Below are positions 27,925-37,434 of a stretch of DNA of 64,000 nucleotides, one piece after another. The DNA comes from Candidatus Latescibacterota bacterium (GTDB lineage: Bacteria > Latescibacterota > UBA2968). The DNA is taken from contig OZ244960.1 of NCBI GenBank assembly GCA_965222605.1, positions 1,024,001 through 1,088,000 of the forward strand, read 5' to 3'. The notes below the pieces were generated by a model. It saw only the letters and a list, made by a program, of their open reading frames with translations, was not told the DNA's origin and did no database searches. Position 1 is the stretch's first letter, and every line of letters starts with the position of its first letter. The position numbers and the translations under genes are program-made.

Positions 27925-30282
27925 ATGAAATCGATAATACTGGGAATTTTGTGCATTGCACTGACTGCAACAGACGGTTTGGCAAAAGATGCTTCGCCAG
28001 AGGCCATTGCCGCGGCTGAGAGAGCATATCGAGAAGGGATGAAACACTTTGAGGCAGAAAATCTGGACGCGGCACTCGTATCTTTTCAATCCGCAATTGC
28101 CCAGCACGAAAAGTACGCCCCCGCCTATGTGGGCCTGGGCCATATATATTTGAAACAAGGCGATTTGTCCGAAGCGGAAAAGGCGTTTAAAACCGCGGTC
28201 ATTAAAAATAAGAAATACGCGCCAGCTTACAATGGATTGGGCCTGGTCTATAGCCGCAAAAAGAACGAACTGCGTCGGGCAATTGCGTATTTTCGAGATG
28301 CAAATCGGGCGGATAAAAAGTATTCGGAGGCGCAATACAACCTGGCTCAGACCCTGGAAAATTACGGCAGTACTGAGACCCTCAAAGCCTATCGCAATGT
28401 CTTGAAGATCGACCCCAAACACCCCAATGCAAACTATCGCATTGGGATATTGCTGGATAAAGATGGGGAACGCGAAAAAGCCGTGCAAGCGTATCGGGAT
28501 CAATTAGAAGCAAAACCGGATCACCGCGGCGCGCGCTTAAATCTGGGCATTGATCTGAAATTGCTCGGACACTTGCGAGAGGCACTTCAGCACTTGCTCG
28601 AAGTTGCGACAGTTGCCAGCGATTTTCAACGTCGCGCCGTATTGGAATTGGCGCAGGTATTTCAAAGGGCAAAGGCATTTGACCAATCTGCGCGGTTATT
28701 TGAGTCATATATCAAACAGTTACCCGAAAAAGAACAGGAGACATATTGCGATCTAAACCTCGTCGCATCGGGTCCCATTCTCAAGGAATATAACGATGCC
28801 GAGACACTCCCCGAAAAAAAACGCGTTTTTAGAACATTCTGGTCGCGTTTAGACCCGGCTCCCGTCACCGAAGCCAATGAACGATTATTGGAACACTATC
28901 GCCGCATCGCGTATGCCCGTGAATTTTTTGGGACACATCGATTTCCCTGGGATGCTCGCGGCGAAGCCTATATTCGCTATGGTGCGCCCGATCATGTGAG
29001 CAATTCGGGCAATATTCAACTGGAGCGTACAAAAAAATTGGTTGACGTAAAAGAGCGGCTCATTCAAAAAGCCGGACCAGCAGTAGATCGATTGATCAGA
29101 GCGCGAGCCGATGCGGTCGCATCGAGCATGGTGGGTATGCGGGGGCAATTGCAGCGCACCGGGCAACAAAGTCCCGGCGCGCGCGGCGAACGACAGCAAG
29201 TAACCAGTGGAACCATTTTGGGATGGCCGGTATATCCGGTGGACGGGATATGGGAATACTGGATCTATGCCGATGTTGGCGATGGTATAGAGGTCGTGTT
29301 TGAACAGCGCGTAAATCAAGGGCCGTGGAATTATGCCGATATACCACTCGGCAGAGGGCGAATTGCGCGGATATGGCAGGACATGCATCCAGAAATTGTC
29401 TTGAAAGGAGTTGCAGCTATTACACCGATGACATATCGCCCCGACTTTGCGACGGGCGCATTGGATTTTTATCTTGCCTCATCGGCTTTCCGGGGACAAG
29501 AAGGTCTAACCACGCTCGAAATTTATTACGGCATTCCAACCGCGCAATTGCACTTTGTGGCCGGGCAAGATGGCGCGAGGATCGCACAATTAGACCGCGG
29601 CATTGTGGTTTACAATCAAGCGGGCGATCCCATCTATCGCACGAGCCAGGAAATGGTACTGGGTGCGTCGGGTGAAGCCGGTCAGTCACCTGGCGCGTAT
29701 ATGCCGGAGATGGACCGTTTGTTTTTAACACCGGGCAATTATCGCATTGCCGTGCAGATTTTAGATCGTCGTTCGAGAAAATCACAGGTGTATCACATCA
29801 ACCGCGTCGTACCCGAATTTGATATAGACGACGAGTTAAAAATCAGCGACGTGGAACTCGCCGCCACCATTGATGTAGCCGACAAGAGCCGGTTCCAAAA
29901 GGGCGATATTGAAGTGATCCCCATGGCCGCAAAAGCCTATTTGCCCACACAACCCGTATTTATCTATTTTGAAATTTATAACTTAAAACGCAATGCCTTC
30001 GGCCAGACCAAATACCGCGTATCTTATGTGGTGCGATCGCGCGATCAAAAGACCATCGGCGCGCGAATTTTGGGTGGCGTAGGCAAATTGCTCAGGGAAA
30101 AAAGCGAGCAGGGCGTTGTTTCAATCGAATACGAGCAGGTGGGAACAGAAACCCAGGAACCGGGATATATCGAATTGGATATGTCGCGCTCTGAACCGGG
30201 CGAAAAGATCGTAGAAATCGCAATTGTAGATGAAACAACAGGCCAGACAGCAACCGCGACAGCGACATTTGTTACTCAATAG
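27925..30282 (+). CDS. Secreted TPR + GWxTD-domain protein
   Basis: Signal peptide, multiple TPRs, FWSRLDP..T..NERLLEHYRRIAYA...WDARGEAYIRYGAPD, C-terminal YFEIYNL beta domain. Confidence 0.8.
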   Translation: MKSIILGILCIALTATDGLAKDASPEAIAAAERAYREGMKHFEAENLDAALVSFQSAIAQHEKYAPAYVGLGHIYLKQGDLSEAEKAFKTAVIKNKKYAPAYNGLGLVYSRKKNELRRAIAYFRDANRADKKYSEAQYNLAQTLENYGSTETLKAYRNVLKIDPKHPNANYRIGILLDKDGEREKAVQAYRDQLEAKPDHRGARLNLGIDLKLLGHLREALQHLLEVATVASDFQRRAVLELAQVFQRAKAFDQSARLFESYIKQLPEKEQETYCDLNLVASGPILKEYNDAETLPEKKRVFRTFWSRLDPAPVTEANERLLEHYRRIAYAREFFGTHRFPWDARGEAYIRYGAPDHVSNSGNIQLERTKKLVDVKERLIQKAGPAVDRLIRARADAVASSMVGMRGQLQRTGQQSPGARGERQQVTSGTILGWPVYPVDGIWEYWIYADVGDGIEVVFEQRVNQGPWNYADIPLGRGRIARIWQDMHPEIVLKGVAAITPMTYRPDFATGALDFYLASSAFRGQEGLTTLEIYYGIPTAQLHFVAGQDGARIAQLDRGIVVYNQAGDPIYRTSQEMVLGASGEAGQSPGAYMPEMDRLFLTPGNYRIAVQILDRRSRKSQVYHINRVVPEFDIDDELKISDVELAATIDVADKSRFQKGDIEVIPMAAKAYLPTQPVFIYFEIYNLKRNAFGQTKYRVSYVVRSRDQKTIGARILGGVGKLLREKSEQGVVSIEYEQVGTETQEPGYIELDMSRSEPGEKIVEIAIVDETTGQTATATATFVTQ

Positions 30283-30298
30283 GATAGGAGCAAATTCG

Positions 30299-31642
30299 AT
30301 GCGTATTTTTGACGTTGAAACCATGCGCACACACGCGCGTGAGATTTTTGATACAGCAGTCAAAGCAGTTGATGCCGAACAGTGCGTGCGGCAATTTGTA
30401 TCGCTGGACGGCGATATTTTGCGCGTGGGCGAACAAAATTATGATTTAAGTGTTTACAACCGCATTTTGATCGTGGGCACAGGCAAAGCCTCGCCACAGA
30501 TGGGCGTGGCTTTAGAAGATATATTGGGCAATCGCATCTCTAATGGGTCTATGAATACAAAATACGACCATGCATTGCCCTTAAACCATATCGATGTGGT
30601 AGAATGCGGCCATCCCGTGCCAGACGAATCGGGGGTTGAAGGCGTCGGGCGCATGGTGCGTCTGCTGGAAGAAGCGGATGAAAATACGCTGGTAATTTGT
30701 TTGATTTCCGGTGGCGGCTCGGCGCTCGCACCCGCACCTGCTGATGGATTGACGCTTGCAGACAAGCAAGAGACGACGAGTCTATTGTTGGCATGTAGTG
30801 CAAATATTGTGGAACTCAATGCCATCCGCAAACATCTGTCGCGCTTAAAAGGAGGCGGCCTGGCGCGTGCGGCTTTTCCAGCAACAGTCGTCGCACTGAT
30901 GTTGTCAGATGTGATTGGCGATCCCATGGATGTCATTGCATCTGGCCCTACAGTGCCGGATACCGCGACATTTAAGACGTGTATGGATATTCTGGACAAA
31001 TACGAATTGGTCGATAAAATACCCGCAAGTGTTCTGTTGCGACTAAAAGCCGGTTTAGTGGGAGATATTGAGGATACGCCCAAGCCCGGCGATACGGCAC
31101 TGTCCAGAGTACAAAATATCGTGGTAGGCAGTAATGGCCTGGCAGTAACTGCGGCGAATAACAAAGCGATGGAATTGGGGTATAATACGCTGGTATTATC
31201 TACGCGCATCGAGGGCGAGGCGAGAGAAATCGCTTATGTATATGCGGGTATCGCAAAAGAAATTGTGACATCTGGACAGCCCGTTGCTCCACCCGCTTGC
31301 GTGATTGCCGGCGGAGAAACAACCGTGCTGGTGCGCGGAGATGGCAAGGGCGGACGCAATCAAGAGATTCCACTATCGGGCGCGATTCAATTGGCCGGGT
31401 GGGACAATGTCGTACTATTTAGCGGCGGCACCGATGGCACCGATGGCCCAACCGATGCCGCGGGCGCCGTGGCCGATGGACAAACCATAGCGCGGGCAGA
31501 AGCACTGGGACTATCCGCGATCGCACATCTTAAAAACAATGATGCCTACAACTTTTTTAAACCTCTGGACGACCTGATCATCACCGGAGCAACCGGAACC
31601 AATGTGGCAGATGTCGCGCTGGTAATGGTCGGAAATACATAA
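30299..31642 (+). CDS. Glycerate 2-kinase (TtuD/MOFRL family)
   Basis: GKAS, HPVPD, LISGGGSAL, SDVIGD..DVIASGPT, GGETTV, GGRNQE, GTDGTDG, TGTNVAD. Confidence 0.92.
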   Translation: MRIFDVETMRTHAREIFDTAVKAVDAEQCVRQFVSLDGDILRVGEQNYDLSVYNRILIVGTGKASPQMGVALEDILGNRISNGSMNTKYDHALPLNHIDVVECGHPVPDESGVEGVGRMVRLLEEADENTLVICLISGGGSALAPAPADGLTLADKQETTSLLLACSANIVELNAIRKHLSRLKGGGLARAAFPATVVALMLSDVIGDPMDVIASGPTVPDTATFKTCMDILDKYELVDKIPASVLLRLKAGLVGDIEDTPKPGDTALSRVQNIVVGSNGLAVTAANNKAMELGYNTLVLSTRIEGEAREIAYVYAGIAKEIVTSGQPVAPPACVIAGGETTVLVRGDGKGGRNQEIPLSGAIQLAGWDNVVLFSGGTDGTDGPTDAAGAVADGQTIARAEALGLSAIAHLKNNDAYNFFKPLDDLIITGATGTNVADVALVMVGNT

Positions 31643-31678
31643 TTTGGCGTATCTGAATATTCACAGGAAATACCTCCA

Positions 31679-32452
31679 ATGTCCAATCCCACCGAACCCA
31701 TTCTCAACGAAGTCGAAGTCGATTATTTTCGGCGTCACGGGCATATCGTGCGCACCGATTTACTCACCGATGATGAACGCGACGAATTTATCGCCCTATT
31801 TGACCGCGACCGCGAACAATTCAAATTTCGCTGGCATCCCTATGGCTACCACCAGCAGACCAATTACGACGCGCTCGTCACCACCCCCGAATTTGATCGC
31901 GTAATCCGTCACCCCAAAATTCTCGCTGCCATTGAACAACTCATGGGGGGACCAGTTTGCTTTGGCGAAATCGGCGCGCGTTACATGCTCCCTTACGACG
32001 GCGAACTGCACCGCGGTTGGCACCGCGACCGCCCCTATTGGGACGAGCACCCATTCCGAATGGACTATATCCAGCTCATGCTCTATCTCACAGATGTCGG
32101 CGCAGACACCCACTGCTTCTCACTCTCTCCCGAATCGGTTTACGAACCCACGCTCGAAGACAAAGAGGCGCAACTCAAACGCGGGGGCATCGCCGATATT
32201 CACGGTTCCGCAGGTACGGTCTGTCTCTTCAATGTCGCGGCACTACACACAGCCACCACGCGACCGACAAAATGCGATCGCAAAACCCTGCAAATATACT
32301 ACGGACACCGCGACCGCAACTACCTGGCCAATGACTCTGTCATTCCACCCATCTTTTGGCGCGACCACAAAGACCCCGAAGTGCGCGCCTTTTACGGCAA
32401 CCTCAACGAAGTCTCTAATATTTATAACAAAGCATTTGGAATCTGGTCATGA
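31679..32452 (+). CDS. PhyH family Fe/2OG dioxygenase
   Basis: FRRHGH, WHRD, YLTDV, AGTVCLFNVAALH. Confidence 0.82.
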   Translation: MSNPTEPILNEVEVDYFRRHGHIVRTDLLTDDERDEFIALFDRDREQFKFRWHPYGYHQQTNYDALVTTPEFDRVIRHPKILAAIEQLMGGPVCFGEIGARYMLPYDGELHRGWHRDRPYWDEHPFRMDYIQLMLYLTDVGADTHCFSLSPESVYEPTLEDKEAQLKRGGIADIHGSAGTVCLFNVAALHTATTRPTKCDRKTLQIYYGHRDRNYLANDSVIPPIFWRDHKDPEVRAFYGNLNEVSNIYNKAFGIWS

Positions 32453-33261
32453 CCTTCCAAAAAACACCTCTCACACCCAACTATGGCGTTGAAGTTCACG
32501 ACATTGACCTCACTCAAATCAATAGCGAAATGGCCGAAGCCATTCTCGACACAGTCAGCGAACACGCCCTGCTTCTTTTTCGGCGGCAATCGCTCCACGA
32601 CGAAGACATTTACGCCCTCAGTGCCGCACTTGGACCCATCGAAGAACCTGCAGCCAGAATCAATCACAGTCCCCGTTTCAAAGAAGTCAATTACATTTCG
32701 AATTTGAACAATGATAATGGTACATTTATTGGTACCCCCATCACAGACGATGACGGTGGCTGGCACACGGACCAGGCCTTCCGCAAAAATCCCGCCACAC
32801 TATCCACGCTTTTCTGTATTATCGCCCCGGAACAAGGGGGCGGTACCAGCTTTTGCAGTACACACATGGGCTATGAAGCCCTTCCTGAGACACTCAAGAA
32901 ACGCATTGAGAACATGCGCGTCAAATACCTGCCCGGCAAAATTCACGAAGTCGAACCCCTTAAAGTCACCCATCCTCTGGTACTCACCAGCCCGAGCACT
33001 GGGCGAAAAACCCTCTATCTGGCTCCCGGCACGCGCGGAATTCACGGGCTGGACGAAGCTGAAAGCCAAGCCCTCAAAAGCGAACTACTCACCTATCAAC
33101 TCCGCCCACAGCATATATACCAGCACAACTATCGCATGGGAGACATGCTCATTTACGATAACGCACAACTTCTGCATAAACGCGACGCGTACAAAGGTCC
33201 CCGCTTTCTGAAAATTACACGCGTCTTTCTTTCCTCCCACCACTTCGCCATTCCCGACTAA
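32449..33261 (+). CDS. TauD/TfdA family dioxygenase
   Basis: GVEVHDIDL, WHTDQAF, HPLV, GDMLIYDN..LLHKR. Confidence 0.88.
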   Translation: MTFQKTPLTPNYGVEVHDIDLTQINSEMAEAILDTVSEHALLLFRRQSLHDEDIYALSAALGPIEEPAARINHSPRFKEVNYISNLNNDNGTFIGTPITDDDGGWHTDQAFRKNPATLSTLFCIIAPEQGGGTSFCSTHMGYEALPETLKKRIENMRVKYLPGKIHEVEPLKVTHPLVLTSPSTGRKTLYLAPGTRGIHGLDEAESQALKSELLTYQLRPQHIYQHNYRMGDMLIYDNAQLLHKRDAYKGPRFLKITRVFLSSHHFAIPD

Positions 33262-33263
33262 CC

Positions 33264-35258
33264 ATGGCTGCAACATCTCCTCAACAAGAATCTCAAGCTA
33301 TTCCCTCGCGCATCACAGGGCGCTCCGTGCTCTTTGGCGCACTCACCGCCATTGTTCTCAACGTGTACACCGACCACGCCGGGCTGGTGATGGGGTCGTC
33401 ATCCCTGGTCAAATCGCAATATCCAATGGCTATGTTGCTGCCTTTTGTACTCTGGTTATTTGCCAATATCGGTCTCAAAACCTTCTGGCCCAAAGCAGCT
33501 CTTTCGGGCACCGAACTACTGGTCATCTACAGCATGTCCTGGATCGCGGGCGTTATTCCCCTCGAAGGTTGGGCAGCTTATTGGACGAGCACAATGGCCG
33601 TGCCCACCTATTACGCGTCACCTGAAAATCGCTGGACCGAAATTATCTTTAACATCTTACCCTGGTGGACCCTGCCAGATGTATCGCCTGCGGTTATTCG
33701 TCCTTTCTACGATGGATTGCCTCCCTATGGTTCCATCCCCTGGACGGGCTGGTTACAACCCGTGTTCTGGTGGACCGCCATCTCATTGGCCGTTTTTGCA
33801 GCGGGATTGTGCTTGTGTATTCTCTTTCAACGCCAGTGGGAAAACCACGAGCGCCTCGCCTTTCCGCTCGCGCAATTTGCCATAGAACTCACCTCTGGCT
33901 TTGATCAACCCGGGCGCGTCCCCGACATTTTTCGAAACAAAATTTTCTGGGCGGGTTTTTTCACTGTTTTTGGCGTTTTCGCGTGGAATATCCTCGGTTA
34001 TTTTGCCACGGGCTTGCCGCGCATCAACATTTACGCCGGGTACCTGAGCAAACAAATCGACCTCGCCCGCGACTTTCAACCCATTTACCTTCGCATCTTG
34101 CCCCCGGTCGTCGGCCTGACCTACTTTTGCAATCTCGACATCCTCTTTAGTTTTTGGATTTTGCGCCTCATCGCCATAGTCAAACTCGGCATTATGGACC
34201 GCACGGGTTTCACCCTGGGCCTGGCCGACCAGCAGGCAAAATCATCCGAAATCATCAATCTCGAAAGCCACGGCGCCCTTGTTTTGCTGGCACTCTGGTC
34301 TATTTGGGTCGCTCGGGGGCACCTGTCTCGCGTCTGGCAAGCAGTTGTGGAAGGCCGACATTCTGCTCATAACGACGGCATTATATCCTACCGCATGGCG
34401 TTTATTGGCTTTGTTCTATCAACGGCCTTCATCATCGGCTGGATGAACGCAATGGGCATGTCCATCCCAATTGCGCTCTTGCAAACCGCGCTACTCTACA
34501 CGGCATATCTCACCGTCGCCAAATTCACAGCCGCCAGTGGTTTTCCCCATCTCTTGCCCGTGTACAGCAAGGGCGGGGGCCTGGTCTATACCTTTGCTGG
34601 TACTGCCAACTTGACCCCCTCGGACTTTGTGAGTATCGAATTTGTCAACTCCAGTGCTTTCTTTGGCAACAACCGCATTCCCGCATGGCCTGCGCTGCCT
34701 CACCACCTGAAATTGCACGGTGCGTCGCCAAACGCCCGCGTTGCCCGTATCGCCGCGCTTGCCTTCACCGCGGGCTTGCTCGCATCCTTTATCTTTATTA
34801 TCTATTTGGCCTACACGCACGGGGGGCAAAATCTGCACACAGCCCCATTTTCCGGCCGCTCAAACTCGGCCTCGGTCCGCCTCTATAGCAACATGACCAA
34901 CCACATTCTCAACGAACAAAAAACTGTTTTTGATCCGTATAAAATGGCCGTATGGTTCATTGGCATCTTTGAAGCGCTCGTGCTCATTGGCTTGAGAAGC
35001 CGCCTGCCCTGGTGGCCCTTGCACCCGATTGGCCTCGCCTTTCAAAATACCTCTGGCCCAAGAATCTACAGCTTCTCCATTTTTCTCACCTGGGCGGCCA
35101 AATCACTTTTCCTGCGTATCGGCGGCATTGCTCTGTACCGCCGTGCAGCACCTTATTTTATTGGTCTGCCAGTGGGCTATGTCACCGGCGTCATCGTTTC
35201 GTCTATTGTCGATCTCATCTGGTTCCCAACAGGTGGGCACTGGACACATGGATGGTAG
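33264..35258 (+). CDS. DUF6785/DUF6784-type polytopic membrane protein (putative transporter)
   Basis: Many TM helices; YYASPENRW, RQWENHERLAFPLAQ, WWPLHPIG, P.FIGL..GY motifs. Confidence 0.7.
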   Translation: MAATSPQQESQAIPSRITGRSVLFGALTAIVLNVYTDHAGLVMGSSSLVKSQYPMAMLLPFVLWLFANIGLKTFWPKAALSGTELLVIYSMSWIAGVIPLEGWAAYWTSTMAVPTYYASPENRWTEIIFNILPWWTLPDVSPAVIRPFYDGLPPYGSIPWTGWLQPVFWWTAISLAVFAAGLCLCILFQRQWENHERLAFPLAQFAIELTSGFDQPGRVPDIFRNKIFWAGFFTVFGVFAWNILGYFATGLPRINIYAGYLSKQIDLARDFQPIYLRILPPVVGLTYFCNLDILFSFWILRLIAIVKLGIMDRTGFTLGLADQQAKSSEIINLESHGALVLLALWSIWVARGHLSRVWQAVVEGRHSAHNDGIISYRMAFIGFVLSTAFIIGWMNAMGMSIPIALLQTALLYTAYLTVAKFTAASGFPHLLPVYSKGGGLVYTFAGTANLTPSDFVSIEFVNSSAFFGNNRIPAWPALPHHLKLHGASPNARVARIAALAFTAGLLASFIFIIYLAYTHGGQNLHTAPFSGRSNSASVRLYSNMTNHILNEQKTVFDPYKMAVWFIGIFEALVLIGLRSRLPWWPLHPIGLAFQNTSGPRIYSFSIFLTWAAKSLFLRIGGIALYRRAAPYFIGLPVGYVTGVIVSSIVDLIWFPTGGHWTHGW

Positions 35259-35286
35259 GCTTGAGGCTACTACAGAAAGGTTTTTC

Positions 35287-35539
35287 ATGTCCGAACAAAA
35301 ACACATTCTCATCACAGGTGGCGCGGGCTTTGTCGCTGGCATGTTGCGCCAGTACTGGGGCGCGACCTACCGCCAGCTCGCGGGATACCGCACAACTTTT
35401 TCAAAAATGCGTGGAAGCAGATACCGACTTTGCCATTGTACATGGCGTATCTGATCACAAAAAATCCTATCTCGGAATTGATGCCACCAGGGAAGTATTG
35501 GGCTATACCCCACAAGATGGCACAGCGAAAAGGCGGTAA
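35287..35539 (+). pseudogene. Internally deleted NAD-dependent epimerase/uronate dehydrogenase-like remnant
   Basis: N-terminus MSEQKHILITGGAGFVAG joined out of frame to C-terminus RDTAQLFQKCVEAD..FAIVHGVSD....LGIDATREVLGYTPQD. Confidence 0.75.
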
Positions 35540-35554
35540 ACAGAAAGGATACCC

Positions 35555-36007
35555 ATGGGAAAGGGAAAATTCTCATCGACAAAAACCTATCACGATCTGC
35601 CCTGTGCGCACCGTCAGGGGTATCACGACGGCCACTGCCGATTTATTCACGGATACAACCGCGAGATCACATTTTATTTTTCCTGCAACGAACTCGACGA
35701 AAATCACTTTGTCGTCGATTTTAGCAAGCTCAAGAAACTCAAAGCATGGTTAGAGCACATGTTTGACCACACGATGCTCATCAACGAAAATGATCCCGAA
35801 CGCGAATTTTTTAAAGAAATGCACCGCCGTGGCCTGATCGATCTGCGAATTATGCCCAACGTTGGCATGGAAGCGTCATCAAAATTTGTCTTTGATTATG
35901 CCGACAAACTCGTGCGCGACATGACTCACAACCGATGCTGGGTCTATAAAGTTGAAACCCGTGAAAACATGAAAAACTCGGGTATATACGAACTTGTGGA
36001 TGACTGA
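35555..36007 (+). CDS. queD: 6-carboxytetrahydropterin synthase (QueD/PTPS family)
   Basis: CAHRQ, HCRFIHGY, VVDFS, FDHTML. Confidence 0.8.
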   Translation: MGKGKFSSTKTYHDLPCAHRQGYHDGHCRFIHGYNREITFYFSCNELDENHFVVDFSKLKKLKAWLEHMFDHTMLINENDPEREFFKEMHRRGLIDLRIMPNVGMEASSKFVFDYADKLVRDMTHNRCWVYKVETRENMKNSGIYELVDD

Positions 36008-36068
36008 AACGCGCACCTGAATGGCGTGTTTTGTCTCTACTGCACAAAATACTGCACAAATTTTTTTG

Positions 36069-36113
36069 AATAACACAATAAATTGATTATAAACAATAAT
36101 TTATTGTGTTATT
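36069..36113. repeat. Perfect 16-bp inverted repeat with a 13-bp spacer
   Basis: aataacacaataaatt ... aatttattgtgttatt. Confidence 0.8.
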
Positions 36114-36120
36114 TTTTTTC

Positions 36121-36149
36121 TTGACTTATGAACAAACGTTCACTATATT
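36121..36149 (+). promoter_or_regulatory. sigma70-type promoter with an internal palindromic operator
   Basis: TTGACT-N17-TATATT with TGAAC-AAAC-GTTCA at 36129-36142. Confidence 0.65.
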
Positions 36150-36238
36150 TTTGTTCAGCCATAACTGAGGCCATTTCACAGAATCAGACAGATGTTTCGT
36201 ACAGAGTATAGGGCCTCAGAATACCACAAGGAGGAAAC

Positions 36239-37246
36239 ATGATTTCCGAAATGAACCAACGTCGCAGCCCCGTCCAGCAGGCCCTTCGCAAAGCACCAGG
36301 GCAAGGCGCAGATCGTGTTTGCACCTCACCCCAGGTAGGCGATGATCCCTCTCTGGCCTATTACTACAAGGAGATCGAGCGACACCCACTGCTCACGCCA
36401 GACCAGGAAAAAGCCCTGACAGAACAAATTGCCCTGGGCGACCTGCCAGATGCGAATGCTCGTGCTCGGCGGGCAGGAGAGCATGCCCGCGAAAAGCTCA
36501 TCACCAGCAACCTGCGCTTTGTCATTCACGTTGCCAAAAATTTTAAGAATCAAGGGCTGCCCCTGGCCGATCTCATCAATGAAGGCAACATGGGCTTGAT
36601 GACTGCCGCCCGCAAATTCAAACCCGAAAAAGGTTACAAGTTCATCACCTACGCAGTCTGGTGGATCAGACAGAACATCCTCAAAGCCCTCGAAGTTCAA
36701 ACCCGATCCATCCGGATTCCCGGCAATGTTATCAATGACCTCAACAAATTGCGAAAAGTCGAAGCTGATATGACTCAGCACCTCGACCGACATCCCGATG
36801 CCGATGAACTCGCCCAGGAAACCGATCTACCCCTGAAAAAAGTCACACACACCCTCGAATCGGCCTACAACACCGTGTCGCTGGATACCCCAATGTACGA
36901 TGAAGTCACAAGCTCAGCGCCTCGCGCTGTCACCCTTCAAGAAACTCTGTCAGATCCCCAAACATTGTCTCCAGAAGACGCCTATATCCAAAACACTATG
37001 CACAATGATATACACAACGCGCTCAGTGCCTTGCCCGATCGCGACCGACAAATTCTGCATCTCTATTACGGTTTCGACGACCCAAAGGAACGCGCCGAAA
37101 TCAGCAGATCAAAACCCGTAACCTATCAACAAATAGGCAACAAACTGGGAGTAAGCCGAGAACGGGTGCGCCAACTCAAAGAAGAGGCACTCAATCGGCT
37201 GCGTCACCCCTCTCACAGTAAGCGACTTGCTACCTATTGCAGTTAA
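36239..37246 (+). CDS. RpoD/SigA-family sigma70 factor lacking region 1.1
   Basis: SNLRFVIHVAK, DLINEGNMGL, KFITYAVWWIRQ, RSIRIP, GVSRERVRQ. Confidence 0.92.
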   Translation: MISEMNQRRSPVQQALRKAPGQGADRVCTSPQVGDDPSLAYYYKEIERHPLLTPDQEKALTEQIALGDLPDANARARRAGEHAREKLITSNLRFVIHVAKNFKNQGLPLADLINEGNMGLMTAARKFKPEKGYKFITYAVWWIRQNILKALEVQTRSIRIPGNVINDLNKLRKVEADMTQHLDRHPDADELAQETDLPLKKVTHTLESAYNTVSLDTPMYDEVTSSAPRAVTLQETLSDPQTLSPEDAYIQNTMHNDIHNALSALPDRDRQILHLYYGFDDPKERAEISRSKPVTYQQIGNKLGVSRERVRQLKEEALNRLRHPSHSKRLATYCS

Positions 37247-37299
37247 AGTGAGAAATTATACGCCTCTTGTCTTACTTAAAACACAGCCCCAACAAAATC

Positions 37300-37330
37300 A
37301 GAGCGTCGGCAGATCGCGTCGACGCTCTTT
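37300..37330 (+). terminator. Terminator after the sigma gene
   Basis: agagcgtcg...cgacgctcttt. Confidence 0.6.
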
Positions 37331-37434
37331 GTCTTTCTACTTGCATCAAAAGCCGAAACCTTGCTATTTACAATGTTCAAATGATCTCCCCGGGAAACTT
37401 TACACCGCTTATTAGCTCATAATGTGAATCAACT

